64,000 bases of DNA from Eledone cirrhosa. Its lineage: Eukaryota. The translations under genes were made by a program, and so were the position numbers. Shown here in pieces: positions 53,408 through 64,000 of this stretch. The stretch covers positions 28,830,001 through 28,894,000 of the forward strand of contig OZ024746.1 of NCBI GenBank assembly GCA_964016885.1. The letters are read 5' to 3'. A model generated the notes under the pieces. It was not told the DNA's origin, did no database searches, and saw only the letters and a list, made by a program, of their open reading frames with translations. Position 1 is the first letter of the stretch. The number at the start of each line of letters is the position of its first letter.

Positions 53408-54017
53408 ATGGTGGCTGCCAACTCGTTTTCGAGTACGGCCACTACTTTATATCCATATAGGAGAACCCCTACCGATGCGCTGAACGAGTGTGACTTTTTA
53501 GTCCAGCCAGCGACTTGAAAACTCTGGTACAAACACTACACTTGTGACAAATATTGACACATAGTGCTGGGCCCATGGTACCCTGTGACGACAAGTGCAG
53601 AGAGATCTCCAGATATAAAGCAATGCCTGTGCCGTGAAGCTTTTATAGTGAGCAAAGGCACTGCACAAAGCCAGTCCCACTCTCTTAACCAAGATGATAT
53701 TTACCAAAAAGAAGAACAAGTCAACATCATTGGATACCATCAGAGTTGCAGGTGTTATATCAGAGTTTTCCTTCTCCTAGAATTCTGCCTTGACAAAGGC
53801 TAAAGGGTCATCTCTCCCGGTGATTTTGGATGGCCATTGACTCTTAAGAGCTCCTTTTCCCTTTGACAGATCTTGTTTTTAGTCCTGCAGGATGTCCAAA
53901 GTCACCCTCCTCACCAAGAAACCTTGGTGGGGTTGCCAGTTTAGTCGCCAACGACCCGACCATGGGTCAGGTTGTACTGGGATACATGTTACCAGTAGCA
54001 CCAACTGGTAACCTGAC
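53408..54017 (-). mobile_element. Bipartite RTE-derived non-autonomous element (~610 bp)
   Basis: Structured GC-rich 5' part joined to RTE zinc-finger/3' end; (ATGT)n tail. Confidence 0.7.
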
Positions 54018-54420
54018 ATATATATATACATACATATATATATATATACATACATACATATACATACACATACATATATATACATATACATACATACATA
54101 CATATACACACATACATACGTATACACACATACATACATATACACACATACATACACATACACACATACACATATATACACACATACATATATAGAGCTG
54201 CATATATACACACATACATATGTACGTACGTACATACATACATACATACATACATACATACATACATACATACATACATACATACATACATAATGCCCAT
54301 CTTTTTTCGTTCCTGGGGCTTATATACCCGTTATTACATTATTTTCTTTATTAAAAAGTACAGTGACATTAAATTCTAATTGTCAAATCCCGCACGGCGT
54401 CTTCTAAACAAAGATGTCCT

Positions 54421-54478
<58 letters not shown>

Positions 54479-55770
54479 CATATATGGGGGGGGGGGGTAA
54501 AAGGTTAACCAAAATAACTAAGCAAACGATACAGTACATGGAAGAAACATATTAGTTTAATGCTTGAAATATCAGGAAGAGGAGTCTTAACCTTTCGAAC
54601 ACTAGTACTTCATCAAAGATATATTTAGAAATAGAAGATAGATAAATAAAAAGAAAAGAGTGAGAGGGGGATGAAACGGGGAAATAAAGAAAAGGGCAGG
54701 AGAAAAATACACACACACACGCACATATATATATGTGTGTATCTGTGTGAATCAATATATGTACTTATATATATATATGCATGTATGTGTGTGTGAGTGT
54801 GTGTATGTGCGTATGTGTGTGTGTGTGTGCGTGTGTGTGTGTGAGACGGGTTTAAATACAGTTTCCATCTACTAAATATTACTCACAAAATATTGGTCAG
54901 CTGGAATCTATAGTAGAATATAGTCACTTAATGAGCTCCACAGTTGGATGGGCCCGATGACCACGTAGTTATGAAGAGAGCTCTCTAATCAAACAGCCAT
55001 GTTTACTCGTTGGTCATTATTTGATTGTGTATGGTCTTTGATCTTTCAATAACAATCGACCTCGAGCTAAAAAAAATATATCAACAGTAACATGGTAAAT
55101 ATGCACTGACAAAGAGGAAATACCATTGTATTTGACTATTCGGCTAGAAATAGCAGCCAAGTTTCCTCTAAAATCCCTTCCTGTAATCTATAAATAAAAG
55201 GAAAAAGTTTGGATAACGTATTTCTAAATTCAATAGGACTAAAAAAAATGAGTCAAGTTGGTCAGCGTTTCAATTCCTTTGATCATGAATCTGCTTAATT
55301 ACGACAGACCTTGGGCTAATCAAGAACAAGTTGATGAAGTCCTTTATCTATGGTATGGCAGTATAGTGTTGTGGCGACTAATCGATATCAAACCGGAAGT
55401 CAGTTTACTGCCTGATTGACTGATTTTCTTTTCGTTTACTTGGATATTATGATAAAGCTGATTGCTATGGATGTCTTGTTGCGTTAATCAGGTAGCAGAA
55501 ATTATCTTTGAGCTTCAAAGGACGGCTATCTACTCTAATATCTACGCGACTGCAAGAAAAAATGAAATAGCGACCAAAAAGAAAAATATATAGAAGGCTA
55601 GTTTTGGTAGTTAAGGCAATTAAATCTATTTACACCGTAGTCAAGATGGTGCCAGACAGATTGATCTCATGCAACCGTTACTATGCTGACAACATCTACA
55701 TATATAGATTTCTATCAGACAAACGCAATTTCTTTATTCATGTATCGCTTTGGTATTTGCTATAAGACAT

Positions 55771-55883
<113 letters not shown>

Positions 55884-56669
55884 GGAGTTACCAGTTAGAC
55901 TAGTAAGATCATATTTAGTTAAGTATTCGATAGGTGGGAAAGTAGAGTATATATATAGTTTACTTTCCAACCTATCGAATACTTAACTGAATATGAGGTT
56001 ACTAGTACATATATAGTTTAACGTTAGTGCCTGATGGCTGGACTCACTCCGTTTCAACGGCAAGTGGATAACTCAATTAATTTTTCGTTTTCAGCTATGA
56101 CAAAGCGCTATTTCATCAGGGGTGGGGATGTGTGGGGTAAGTGGATAAAAGTATGTAGTTGGGGGAGGAGGAGTAAAGGTTATTGAGAGAACTATTGGCG
56201 GGAAAGCTTTGGCGGATAGTTACATAGTCGCGAAGTATCTGTCGCAAAACCTGTGTCCATGTGAGCATGCGTGCTCCTGGCGCTTTCATTTATATATTAG
56301 TTACCCCCTTTTAGTTGTGGGTGCGTATCAAGATCTGTGTCAGTGTGTACCTCTGCAATCACTCCCCCACCAATCTGTCATGTTTAACAACAGAAGTACA
56401 CATGTGCGCGGTCACATATACACACCCACACGGGGGCAGACTCGCGCACAAGGAGCACTTTATACGCATACAACTTAAATTCAACTCGTTATCTACACAC
56501 CCATAAATCAAAGCACCTTTACTCCTCCGCCTCCTCCTCCTGCAACTCCACCCTTTTCTCCACTTATACCACACACCCAGTCCTGATGAAATAGCACTTG
56601 GACATAGCTGAAAACTAAAAACTAATTCAGTTATCCACTCACCGTAGAAAACGAGGTGAGCTCAGCCCG

Positions 56670-56830
56670 CGTTAGAATGTCGGAGAGGGTGCTTTATGGC
56701 ATTCATTTCAGCTCTCTGCTCTTTGAGTTCAAATCCCGCCGAGGTCAACCTTGCCTTTCATCAATTCAAGATCGATAAAAAAAAGTACCAGTTTAGTACT
56801 AGTATCGATTCTTCCTCTATATCTCTTCCT
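56670..56830 (+). mobile_element. SINE family A, decayed
   Basis: gagttcaaatcccgccgaggtcaaccttgcctttcatc. Confidence 0.7.
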
Positions 56831-56969
56831 TACTTCCATTGTTTCATTCTCTATCCTTCTATGGAAGAAACCCCTGTATTCAGGCCTTGAGAGGAGATGG
56901 GCTTCGCCAGTTTTAAAAGATACCCAAGAAACGCCGTATATATACACAGAAAGGGAAAAGAGAAAGATG

Positions 56970-57008
<39 letters not shown>

Positions 57009-57030
57009 ATCTTTTTCTTTTCTCTCTCTT

Positions 57031-57061
<31 letters not shown>

Positions 57062-57131
57062 CTGTTCCTCTATCTGCTTATATATATATATATATCTTTC
57101 TATCTATTTATCAATCTGTCTATCCATCTAT

Positions 57132-57166
<35 letters not shown>

Positions 57167-57366
57167 GATAGAGTAAGACACGCTTCACATCGGCTCCGCT
57201 ATTCCATCGGGATTTACCCTTACTATTGTAAGTACCGGATAAATTTTTCAGTGCAACACATTTGGAACACTAACCCTGTTTTTTAGGGAAACATTTTTGC
57301 ATTTACCCCCTTTTTAGGGGGTAAAATAAATATCTATTTTTGCCGAAAAATTTCTTTCTTAGCAGC

Positions 57367-59190
57367 ATGGCGGAAAAGATGGCAGACATGTCTGCCATTA
57401 GCTCTACCACGCCCCCCAAGTCTGAAGAACAAAAAATAATTACAACAAAATTAGACAATGAAACAAACAAAGAAAATGAAAAAACAAATGTTAAGGAAAA
57501 TGAGCAAACAGAAAACAAACAAACAGAAAATAATACAAATAACAACAGGGCAACTTTCGCCCAGAAAACAAAACAATCCATTACATACACACCAATTGAC
57601 CTAACTGCCGCCAGAGAAAAACTGGCCGAAGCAAAGAAACACATTGTTTTGGGGGAGAACGGAATGTTTTCCATTAACTCCCCCCCAGAATTCAAGAAAG
57701 CCAGAGCAGAAAACACAGTTCTCTACAGAACTATACTGAACCAGACAAGAAAGCCAGCACAGCCCAGCCAAATGGAAATAGAGTTAGTCCTAAAAGACTA
57801 TATGAAGAATATTCTCTTCATACGAAAGGACCGACTCTATGGCAGCATTTCGGTCCTAACAAGAGACAGGGAAACGGCGGAGAAGCTTTCCCTAAGCCCA
57901 CTCTCATCGACAACATATAGCTTCTATCCCTCCTACATGGGTAGAAGAACACAGAGAGTAAAAGTAAAAACAATGCTGCCCACAATGGACTTCTGGTGGG
58001 CTGTTGCTGGCTTCATTGATATGGGCGAAGACACAATGCTGTCAATGGGGAAGGCAACTGGAGATGCGTTCCTGGGAATGGGCCTCGACATACTAGTCCA
58101 AATGAGGCCCGAAAGAATAGCACAAATCCCGGATCGCATCTGGCTGGATGACCTTACCCCAATAGACATAATTGTAGAGGGGAGAAGACCAGCATGCTAT
58201 TTATGCATGGAAAGGGGACACGTTAAGGCTAACTGCCCGAAACGTATCCCCCAAAAAGGACTATTGCCCACACCCACCACAAACAGTACACCAACACCAC
58301 CCACCTCCAAAAATACACTAATACCACACACAGCAAACAAAATACAGACACCACCAACCACAAACACAACACAAACATCACCACCACCAGCACCAAACAC
58401 AAGCACGACACAAAAATCACCACCACCAACCACAACACAAACACCACCATCACCAACCACAAGCACGACACAAACATTACCACCACCACCACAAAACCCA
58501 TTCCAAACAAATAATAAAAAAAACAGTAACAAATCTACCCCTCCCGCAAAAAAAAAACAACCACACAACACGTCCCTCCCACCTAGCGCTGAAGAGTTTC
58601 CCCCAACTTCTGAAGAAGGAGGAGAAGCCTTCAGACAAGTTAAAAGAAAAAAAAGAAAACACACACCCAGCACACCACAAATAACCCACACACAAACACC
58701 AACTCCAATCAAAAACACCCCACCCTCAACAAACAAAAATAAATCTGCGCCTCCCCTCTCCGAAACATTGACAGCATCACAAAAAAAGACGTTGCAATAC
58801 ACATATATAAATAAAGAAAACAAAAAACTGGTTAAATTAATAAACAATAACCCTATGGTGCAGACCGAAGGGCCAAACTTTATCTCAACAGAGAACTTCA
58901 CCCATTTAAAAATGATAAAGGTCCCTCTGGACCTTTATCGTTCCTTAAAAGAACAATTTAGACGGGACGTGAGCCCCCCCTGTTTAAAACCGTTGAATCG
59001 CGTCCTCTTGAAAGATTTCCCCATAACCGCCCCTCTCCCTGACACAACTCCAAATACCCCAACCCCACCACACACGTGTACCCCCACACCACCACAAAAC
59101 ATCCCTCCACCCAACACACCTGATGGCATGGAAATTACGCAACCCGGAGAGGTAAGTGCTTTTCTTTCTTCACTTTCAACACCAAAATAG
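57367..59190 (+). CDS. LINE ORF1 with CCHC knuckle and Pro/Thr-rich tail
   Basis: CYLCMERGHVKANC; NLS-like KRKKRK; first ATG 57367. Confidence 0.85.
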   Translation: MAEKMADMSAISSTTPPKSEEQKIITTKLDNETNKENEKTNVKENEQTENKQTENNTNNNRATFAQKTKQSITYTPIDLTAAREKLAEAKKHIVLGENGMFSINSPPEFKKARAENTVLYRTILNQTRKPAQPSQMEIELVLKDYMKNILFIRKDRLYGSISVLTRDRETAEKLSLSPLSSTTYSFYPSYMGRRTQRVKVKTMLPTMDFWWAVAGFIDMGEDTMLSMGKATGDAFLGMGLDILVQMRPERIAQIPDRIWLDDLTPIDIIVEGRRPACYLCMERGHVKANCPKRIPQKGLLPTPTTNSTPTPPTSKNTLIPHTANKIQTPPTTNTTQTSPPPAPNTSTTQKSPPPTTTQTPPSPTTSTTQTLPPPPQNPFQTNNKKNSNKSTPPAKKKQPHNTSLPPSAEEFPPTSEEGGEAFRQVKRKKRKHTPSTPQITHTQTPTPIKNTPPSTNKNKSAPPLSETLTASQKKTLQYTYINKENKKLVKLINNNPMVQTEGPNFISTENFTHLKMIKVPLDLYRSLKEQFRRDVSPPCLKPLNRVLLKDFPITAPLPDTTPNTPTPPHTCTPTPPQNIPPPNTPDGMEITQPGEVSAFLSSLSTPK

Positions 59191-59195
59191 ATCAA

Positions 59196-62100
59196 TTGAG
59201 AGTTGGCTGTTTGAACGCGCGTGGCCTGGGCTCAGCTTGGAAGCAAGCAAAGCTTCTAAGTGACCTCAGGTCACAAAGTATAGATGTGATGGTTGTTTGC
59301 GAGAGTCGGATCAGCAGCGTGAGACAGCTGGCGCCCGCCTTCGATGACTTTGAGATGCACGCATCTCTCTGTCAACCCGGAGGCGGGGGGGGATTTGCCG
59401 TACTGCTGGATAAACGTCTGACTCTCGACGTACAGATTGTTCACTCGGACCCGGGGGGTCGATTACTGGTGCTGGACGTCGGAGGCGGTGAAGGCGGGGC
59501 TTTCAGACTGGTCGGTCTTTATGCTCCCTTCGGGGCGGAAAGAGCCGACTTCTTCCAGCGTCTGGAGACTTTTCTAGGAACGTCGCGTTCCCTGCTTTTA
59601 GTGGGGGACTGGAATGGAATCCTAGATGCGCGTTGGGACTATGCAGGGGCATGTCCCGATAGAGGGGGGTGTAGCAGCCTCAAGGGGTTACTCGATCGAT
59701 TCGACCTGGTCGATAGATTTCGACTAGATTGTCCAACTGCGCCAACCTGGACCTGGGCAAACCGCAGTGGACAATCTAGATCGTACCTAGATAGGTTTTT
59801 GGTTAGGAGTAAGGATAGGGACGTATTTAGTTGTCCAGAACTGATCATGGTTGGCTATTCAGATCACAAATTAGTGACCTGCGTGGTCAACCTTGATAGA
59901 ACGCATAGACAGGGTCCCGGTTACTGGAAGATGAACTTGTCCTTACCGACAAAGAAAGATTACAGAAACCGGATTAGTAGCTTAGTTAAGATGCGGTTGA
60001 CGGGAGCGATCGTCAACAGTAGGTGGTGGGTATCTCTAAAGAGAGAGATTAGAGTAAGTTCGATAGGTTACAGTAAGGAACTAGCGGCGAATAGAAATAG
60101 GAAGGAAAGGGAGTTAACAGATAAACTAGAAGAGGCGATTAGGAGCGGAGACGTAGCCAGAGTGTTAGCGACGAGAACGGCGTTGAGCCAGTTCTTTGAC
60201 GCGAAGCACGAAGGCTGCGTTGTCCGAAGTAAAATACGTGCTTTAGGAAACGAGGGGATCAAAGCTGTTAGCTGGGCCCGCGTGACAGAAGCCAAGAGTG
60301 GGATTAAATCCACCATTCGGTCTTTGCGAGACCAGGATGGACGGGTGATCCTTGAACCTGAGCGAATGTGCGAGACCTTTCAAAGGCACTTTGCTCGACT
60401 GTTCGGAGGTGGCGGGGGGCCGGACGGGGATGTGGACTTCGGTCCATACCTCGACGGTCTACCGCGTCTTTCGAGCGGCGAAGCGGAGTGCTGCGAAAGG
60501 CCAATCACAGCCACTGAAATCGGGGAAGCGCTCAGCCAATGCAGCAGACGCAAATCCCCGGGTCTCGATGGTCTACCATACGAACTTTATTTAGCTATGC
60601 CGGTCTTGTTCTCCGAACTCCTCGAGGCTGTCTATTGCAACTGGCAACAGAACGGGAGAATTCCCTGTTCTGTGACCAAGGGCGTGGTCACGCTAGTGAG
60701 GAAGGACGAGAGCAAGGGGGACGACTTAAGTAACTTTAGGCCCATAACTCTGCTGAATGCAGAGTTACAGATTTTGGCCAAGGTGTTGGCGAAGAGGTTG
60801 GCGCTTGTGGTGGGTGGTTTGGTGGGAGACGCGCAGACATGCGCTATCCCGTCCAGGTCCATTCACGACAACCTCCACCTCATGCGATACATCATAGAGA
60901 GGGTTGGCTACGAACCCGGCTTTGGTGGGGCCCTGATCAACTTGGATCAATCTAAGGCGTTCGATAGGGTCGACCATGGTTACCTGGATGCGGTGCTAGC
61001 GGCGGCGGGCTTCGGACCCGTTTTCAGGGGCTGGATTTCTGCCATGCACAGTGGCAACATCTACTCTAGGAATAAAGTAAACGGCTACCTCTCGGAGCCG
61101 TTTCAAATCACCCGATCCATCAGACAGGGGTGCCCCCTCTCCTCCCTTCTGTACGTATTGACTCTCGAGCCACTGCTGCGGAAGTTGGAGTTGCTGCGGG
61201 GCATACCCCTGGAACCGGGATTGCACAAAGCGGTCTCGGCCTATGCCGACGACGTAACAGTAATGGTGGCGGACGCCTCGGAAATCGGGGCGATCGCCAC
61301 CCTACTGGAGGAATACGAAAGGCTGACGGGGGCTAAGCTGAACCAGGACAAGTCAGTCGGTTTGCAACTCGGAACGTGGAGGGGCAAACCGATGCCGTTA
61401 GACGGTGTCGTCGGGCGGTGGACGGAGAGCCCGGTGAAGCTGCTCGGGGTCTGGTTCGGACCGGACCTCCAGGTGGAGAAGAATTGGGGCGAGGTGACGA
61501 GCAGGGTGTTTGCGCTGACCCAGAAGTGGGCCAAGTGCAAACTATCACTGAAAGGTCGGGCGGAGGTGACGAACGCTTACATAGCGTCCGTCATCTACTA
61601 CCGCCTGACCGTCGTGCCTTGCCCCAAGGAAAAGCTCACCATCATGGAACGCATGCTCTTCCAGTTCCTCTGGAAGAAGCGGCCTCCCATGGTGAGGAGA
61701 TCCATCTGCTGCCAGCACCCTTCGAAAGGAGGGCTGGGTATGCCGTGGCTGTTGATGCGTAGGCACGCATTGAGGCTACGGCATCTACAGGTATTCCTCA
61801 ACGGTCAGCCGGTGTGGGCCCCGTTTGTGAGGCGAGCCTTCCCACAGCTCGTCTCGCTCACCGAACTGCAATCCTGGGTGAAGCAAAGACCGAGAAAACT
61901 GGGCAACTGGCACACCGAGTGTGCCCAGGCGCTCACGGCTATCTGGCAAGCGGACCCGACTGTCAGTGGAGAATCCACCTCGACATTCTATAGAGGGTTG
62001 GTGGCTAGCAGGGGCGACGACACCCTTGGAGAGTCGCTAGGCATGGAGGAGGACGAACTGGCCAGCCTGTTCGGTAGAACTTTCGGCCCGGGACCCATGG

Positions 62101-62624
62101 ACAACTTCCAGAGGTCCCTAGCCTGGCAGTGTTACCGGGGGGCTCTGCCCGTTCGAGAAAAGCTCTACAGACACGGGCGCCCGGGCAGGGATCCCGTGAA
62201 AAAGATCTGTCCCAGATGCGTGCGCGACGAGGAAACCGTTGCGCATGCACTGGTACACTGCCCGGGCGTTGCCGATCTGTGGGGCTACGTCGAACGACTG
62301 CTGTCGCGTGTGGCGCCGATTCGATTAACCGCCGAGTCTGTGGTGAACATCAAGCCGCCTCCTCCCTTCAGAAATGAAGCAGAGGCGGTCTTTCTGTGCG
62401 TAATAGCCATGATGAAAGAGGTTGTGTGGTGGACGCGCCTGAAAGGTCTGAGGTCGGGTGACTTTCTCTCCGGCCATCACCTGGTTTACTTCTTCCGATA
62501 CCACTTCGGAAGAAGGATCAAGATGGAGAGAGAAGTGCTTGGTCCCATACAGTTTTATGAAAGGTGGGTGAAAGAAGCGAGAATGGCCCGTGTAAATGGG
62601 CCTTCTCTCTACATTGTTCTGTAG
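59196..62624 (+). CDS. LINE ORF2: AP endonuclease + RT + CCHC (TTG start)
   Basis: LNARGL, GDWN, LDRF, SDH; FRPITLLN, DQSKAFDRV, RQGCPLS, YADD; CPRC..H..HC; 1142 codons open. Confidence 0.95.
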   Translation: MRVGCLNARGLGSAWKQAKLLSDLRSQSIDVMVVCESRISSVRQLAPAFDDFEMHASLCQPGGGGGFAVLLDKRLTLDVQIVHSDPGGRLLVLDVGGGEGGAFRLVGLYAPFGAERADFFQRLETFLGTSRSLLLVGDWNGILDARWDYAGACPDRGGCSSLKGLLDRFDLVDRFRLDCPTAPTWTWANRSGQSRSYLDRFLVRSKDRDVFSCPELIMVGYSDHKLVTCVVNLDRTHRQGPGYWKMNLSLPTKKDYRNRISSLVKMRLTGAIVNSRWWVSLKREIRVSSIGYSKELAANRNRKERELTDKLEEAIRSGDVARVLATRTALSQFFDAKHEGCVVRSKIRALGNEGIKAVSWARVTEAKSGIKSTIRSLRDQDGRVILEPERMCETFQRHFARLFGGGGGPDGDVDFGPYLDGLPRLSSGEAECCERPITATEIGEALSQCSRRKSPGLDGLPYELYLAMPVLFSELLEAVYCNWQQNGRIPCSVTKGVVTLVRKDESKGDDLSNFRPITLLNAELQILAKVLAKRLALVVGGLVGDAQTCAIPSRSIHDNLHLMRYIIERVGYEPGFGGALINLDQSKAFDRVDHGYLDAVLAAAGFGPVFRGWISAMHSGNIYSRNKVNGYLSEPFQITRSIRQGCPLSSLLYVLTLEPLLRKLELLRGIPLEPGLHKAVSAYADDVTVMVADASEIGAIATLLEEYERLTGAKLNQDKSVGLQLGTWRGKPMPLDGVVGRWTESPVKLLGVWFGPDLQVEKNWGEVTSRVFALTQKWAKCKLSLKGRAEVTNAYIASVIYYRLTVVPCPKEKLTIMERMLFQFLWKKRPPMVRRSICCQHPSKGGLGMPWLLMRRHALRLRHLQVFLNGQPVWAPFVRRAFPQLVSLTELQSWVKQRPRKLGNWHTECAQALTAIWQADPTVSGESTSTFYRGLVASRGDDTLGESLGMEEDELASLFGRTFGPGPMDNFQRSLAWQCYRGALPVREKLYRHGRPGRDPVKKICPRCVRDEETVAHALVHCPGVADLWGYVERLLSRVAPIRLTAESVVNIKPPPPFRNEAEAVFLCVIAMMKEVVWWTRLKGLRSGDFLSGHHLVYFFRYHFGRRIKMEREVLGPIQFYERWVKEARMARVNGPSLYIVL

Positions 62625-63434
62625 GTGAAGAAGTGAAGAGGAAAGGGGGAGCGCCTCCTCTCTGGGCTTCCCCCGCGAAAAGAGTTGCACACTTTTCGGG
62701 GGTATGTGCAATCCCCAACTGAGTACTTTTTATTGTTATATTATTATTGTTATTCCTTTTTTCTTTACTCGATTTATGTAAACTCCCCCACTGTGTAAAT
62801 GTCCCCTCCTTTTGTGCCCTCGTGGCAAATAAATAGAAATTTATCTATCTATCTATCTATCTATCTATCCATATATCCATATATCTATCTATCTATATAT
62901 CTATCTATCTATGATCTATTTCTATTTTTAAGTGTATATATGTGTGTGTGTGGACGTATTTTTGGTATTGGGTTATTGATTAGAGGGAGTAAATATAAGA
63001 AAAGAAATAGAGAGGCAGAAAGAGTACAGAGAGATAAACAAGTTAAGAGAGAGAGGGGGAGAGGGCGAAGGCGACAGAGATATAAAGAGAGAGAGGGGGG
63101 TGGAGATAAGTTTTAAAAGAATGTAGAAAAGAATTTGTATTGAGAGCCATGTTGAATGAGTGAAAGCCTGGTGGCGTTTGTGTTAAGAGTTGTCGCCTCT
63201 TGACCTCCTAACTTCTCATTTCATTACAGATAGGATTCTCTTCATGAAGCAACAACACCACCCAACACCACCTATATTATCAGCACCACCATCACCACCA
63301 CCACGACCAACAACAACAGATCTATGTATTATTACGCGGCTCTGTTCACTACCTTTTCGCCCCTATATCCTCATGTATATATATATATAACAAATCGTCC
63401 TTTTTATTATCATTATACATACATACACACACAT

Positions 63435-63471
<37 letters not shown>

Positions 63472-63575
63472 CATATGTATGTATATATATATATGTATAT
63501 ATATATATATTGGTAAAATATATATATTTATATATACACAAATACATACAACACACACATATATATACACATATG

Positions 63576-63619
<44 letters not shown>

Positions 63620-63632
63620 TATATATACATAC

Positions 63633-63717
<85 letters not shown>

Positions 63718-63738
63718 AATACATACAACACACACATA

Positions 63739-63772
<34 letters not shown>

Positions 63773-64000
63773 CATACACATCAATATAAGTGTCCTTTAA
63801 GGTACATGTGCAATATATTGGTTCTCTATTTGATTGGATACACACGCGTGTATATGTATATGGAAAGGGAAGTATGTATATATGGCAAATACATGTATAC
63901 GTGTGTGTATGAATATTTGTATATATGTTTATATATATGGATATGGAAGTGTTTATATATGTACGGTAATGCTTACATGTATTGAGTGTATTTCAGCGGC

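Larger units (their letters stand above)
57166..62840 (+). mobile_element. Full-length Tx1-like (L1 clade) LINE in (TATC)n
   Basis: Two long ORFs, UTRs, AATAAA then (TATC)n; (TATC)n also directly upstream. Confidence 0.93.

Noticed and set aside
59152-59190. GTAAGT..TAG mini-intron joining ORF1 to ORF2
   Set aside because: Only 39 nt and keeps ORF1 frame, which stops at TGA two codons later

Overview
AT-rich, microsatellite-dense metazoan DNA. The tRNA-derived SINE families and repeat mix look like a coleoid cephalopod (Octopus-like); this is inferred, not searched. No multi-exon host gene is evident, only weak candidate exons. The window is mostly mobile elements sitting in simple repeats: (1) a near-complete Neptune-type Penelope-like element (PLE, ~590-6148) with a separate ORF1, an RT-GIY-YIG frame joined to it by a UUUUUUA -1 slippery site, pLTR hammerhead ribozymes and an inverted 3' copy; (2) hammerhead motifs of at least four further families next to (TA)n tracts, often in head-to-head inverted pairs; (3) a decayed Helitron with a nested non-autonomous Helitron; (4) an RTE LINE with a 78-bp TSD whose 3' UTR is split by a block holding a head-to-head chimera of a Tx1-like LINE 3' end and an AHCY retrocopy with a 65-codon in-frame gap; (5) a (TACA)n tract holding four R4/Dong-like and RTE-derived insertions; (6) a full-length, ORF-intact Tx1/L1-clade LINE in a (TATC)n tract. 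Most short ORFs in the track are microsatellite or antisense artefacts.
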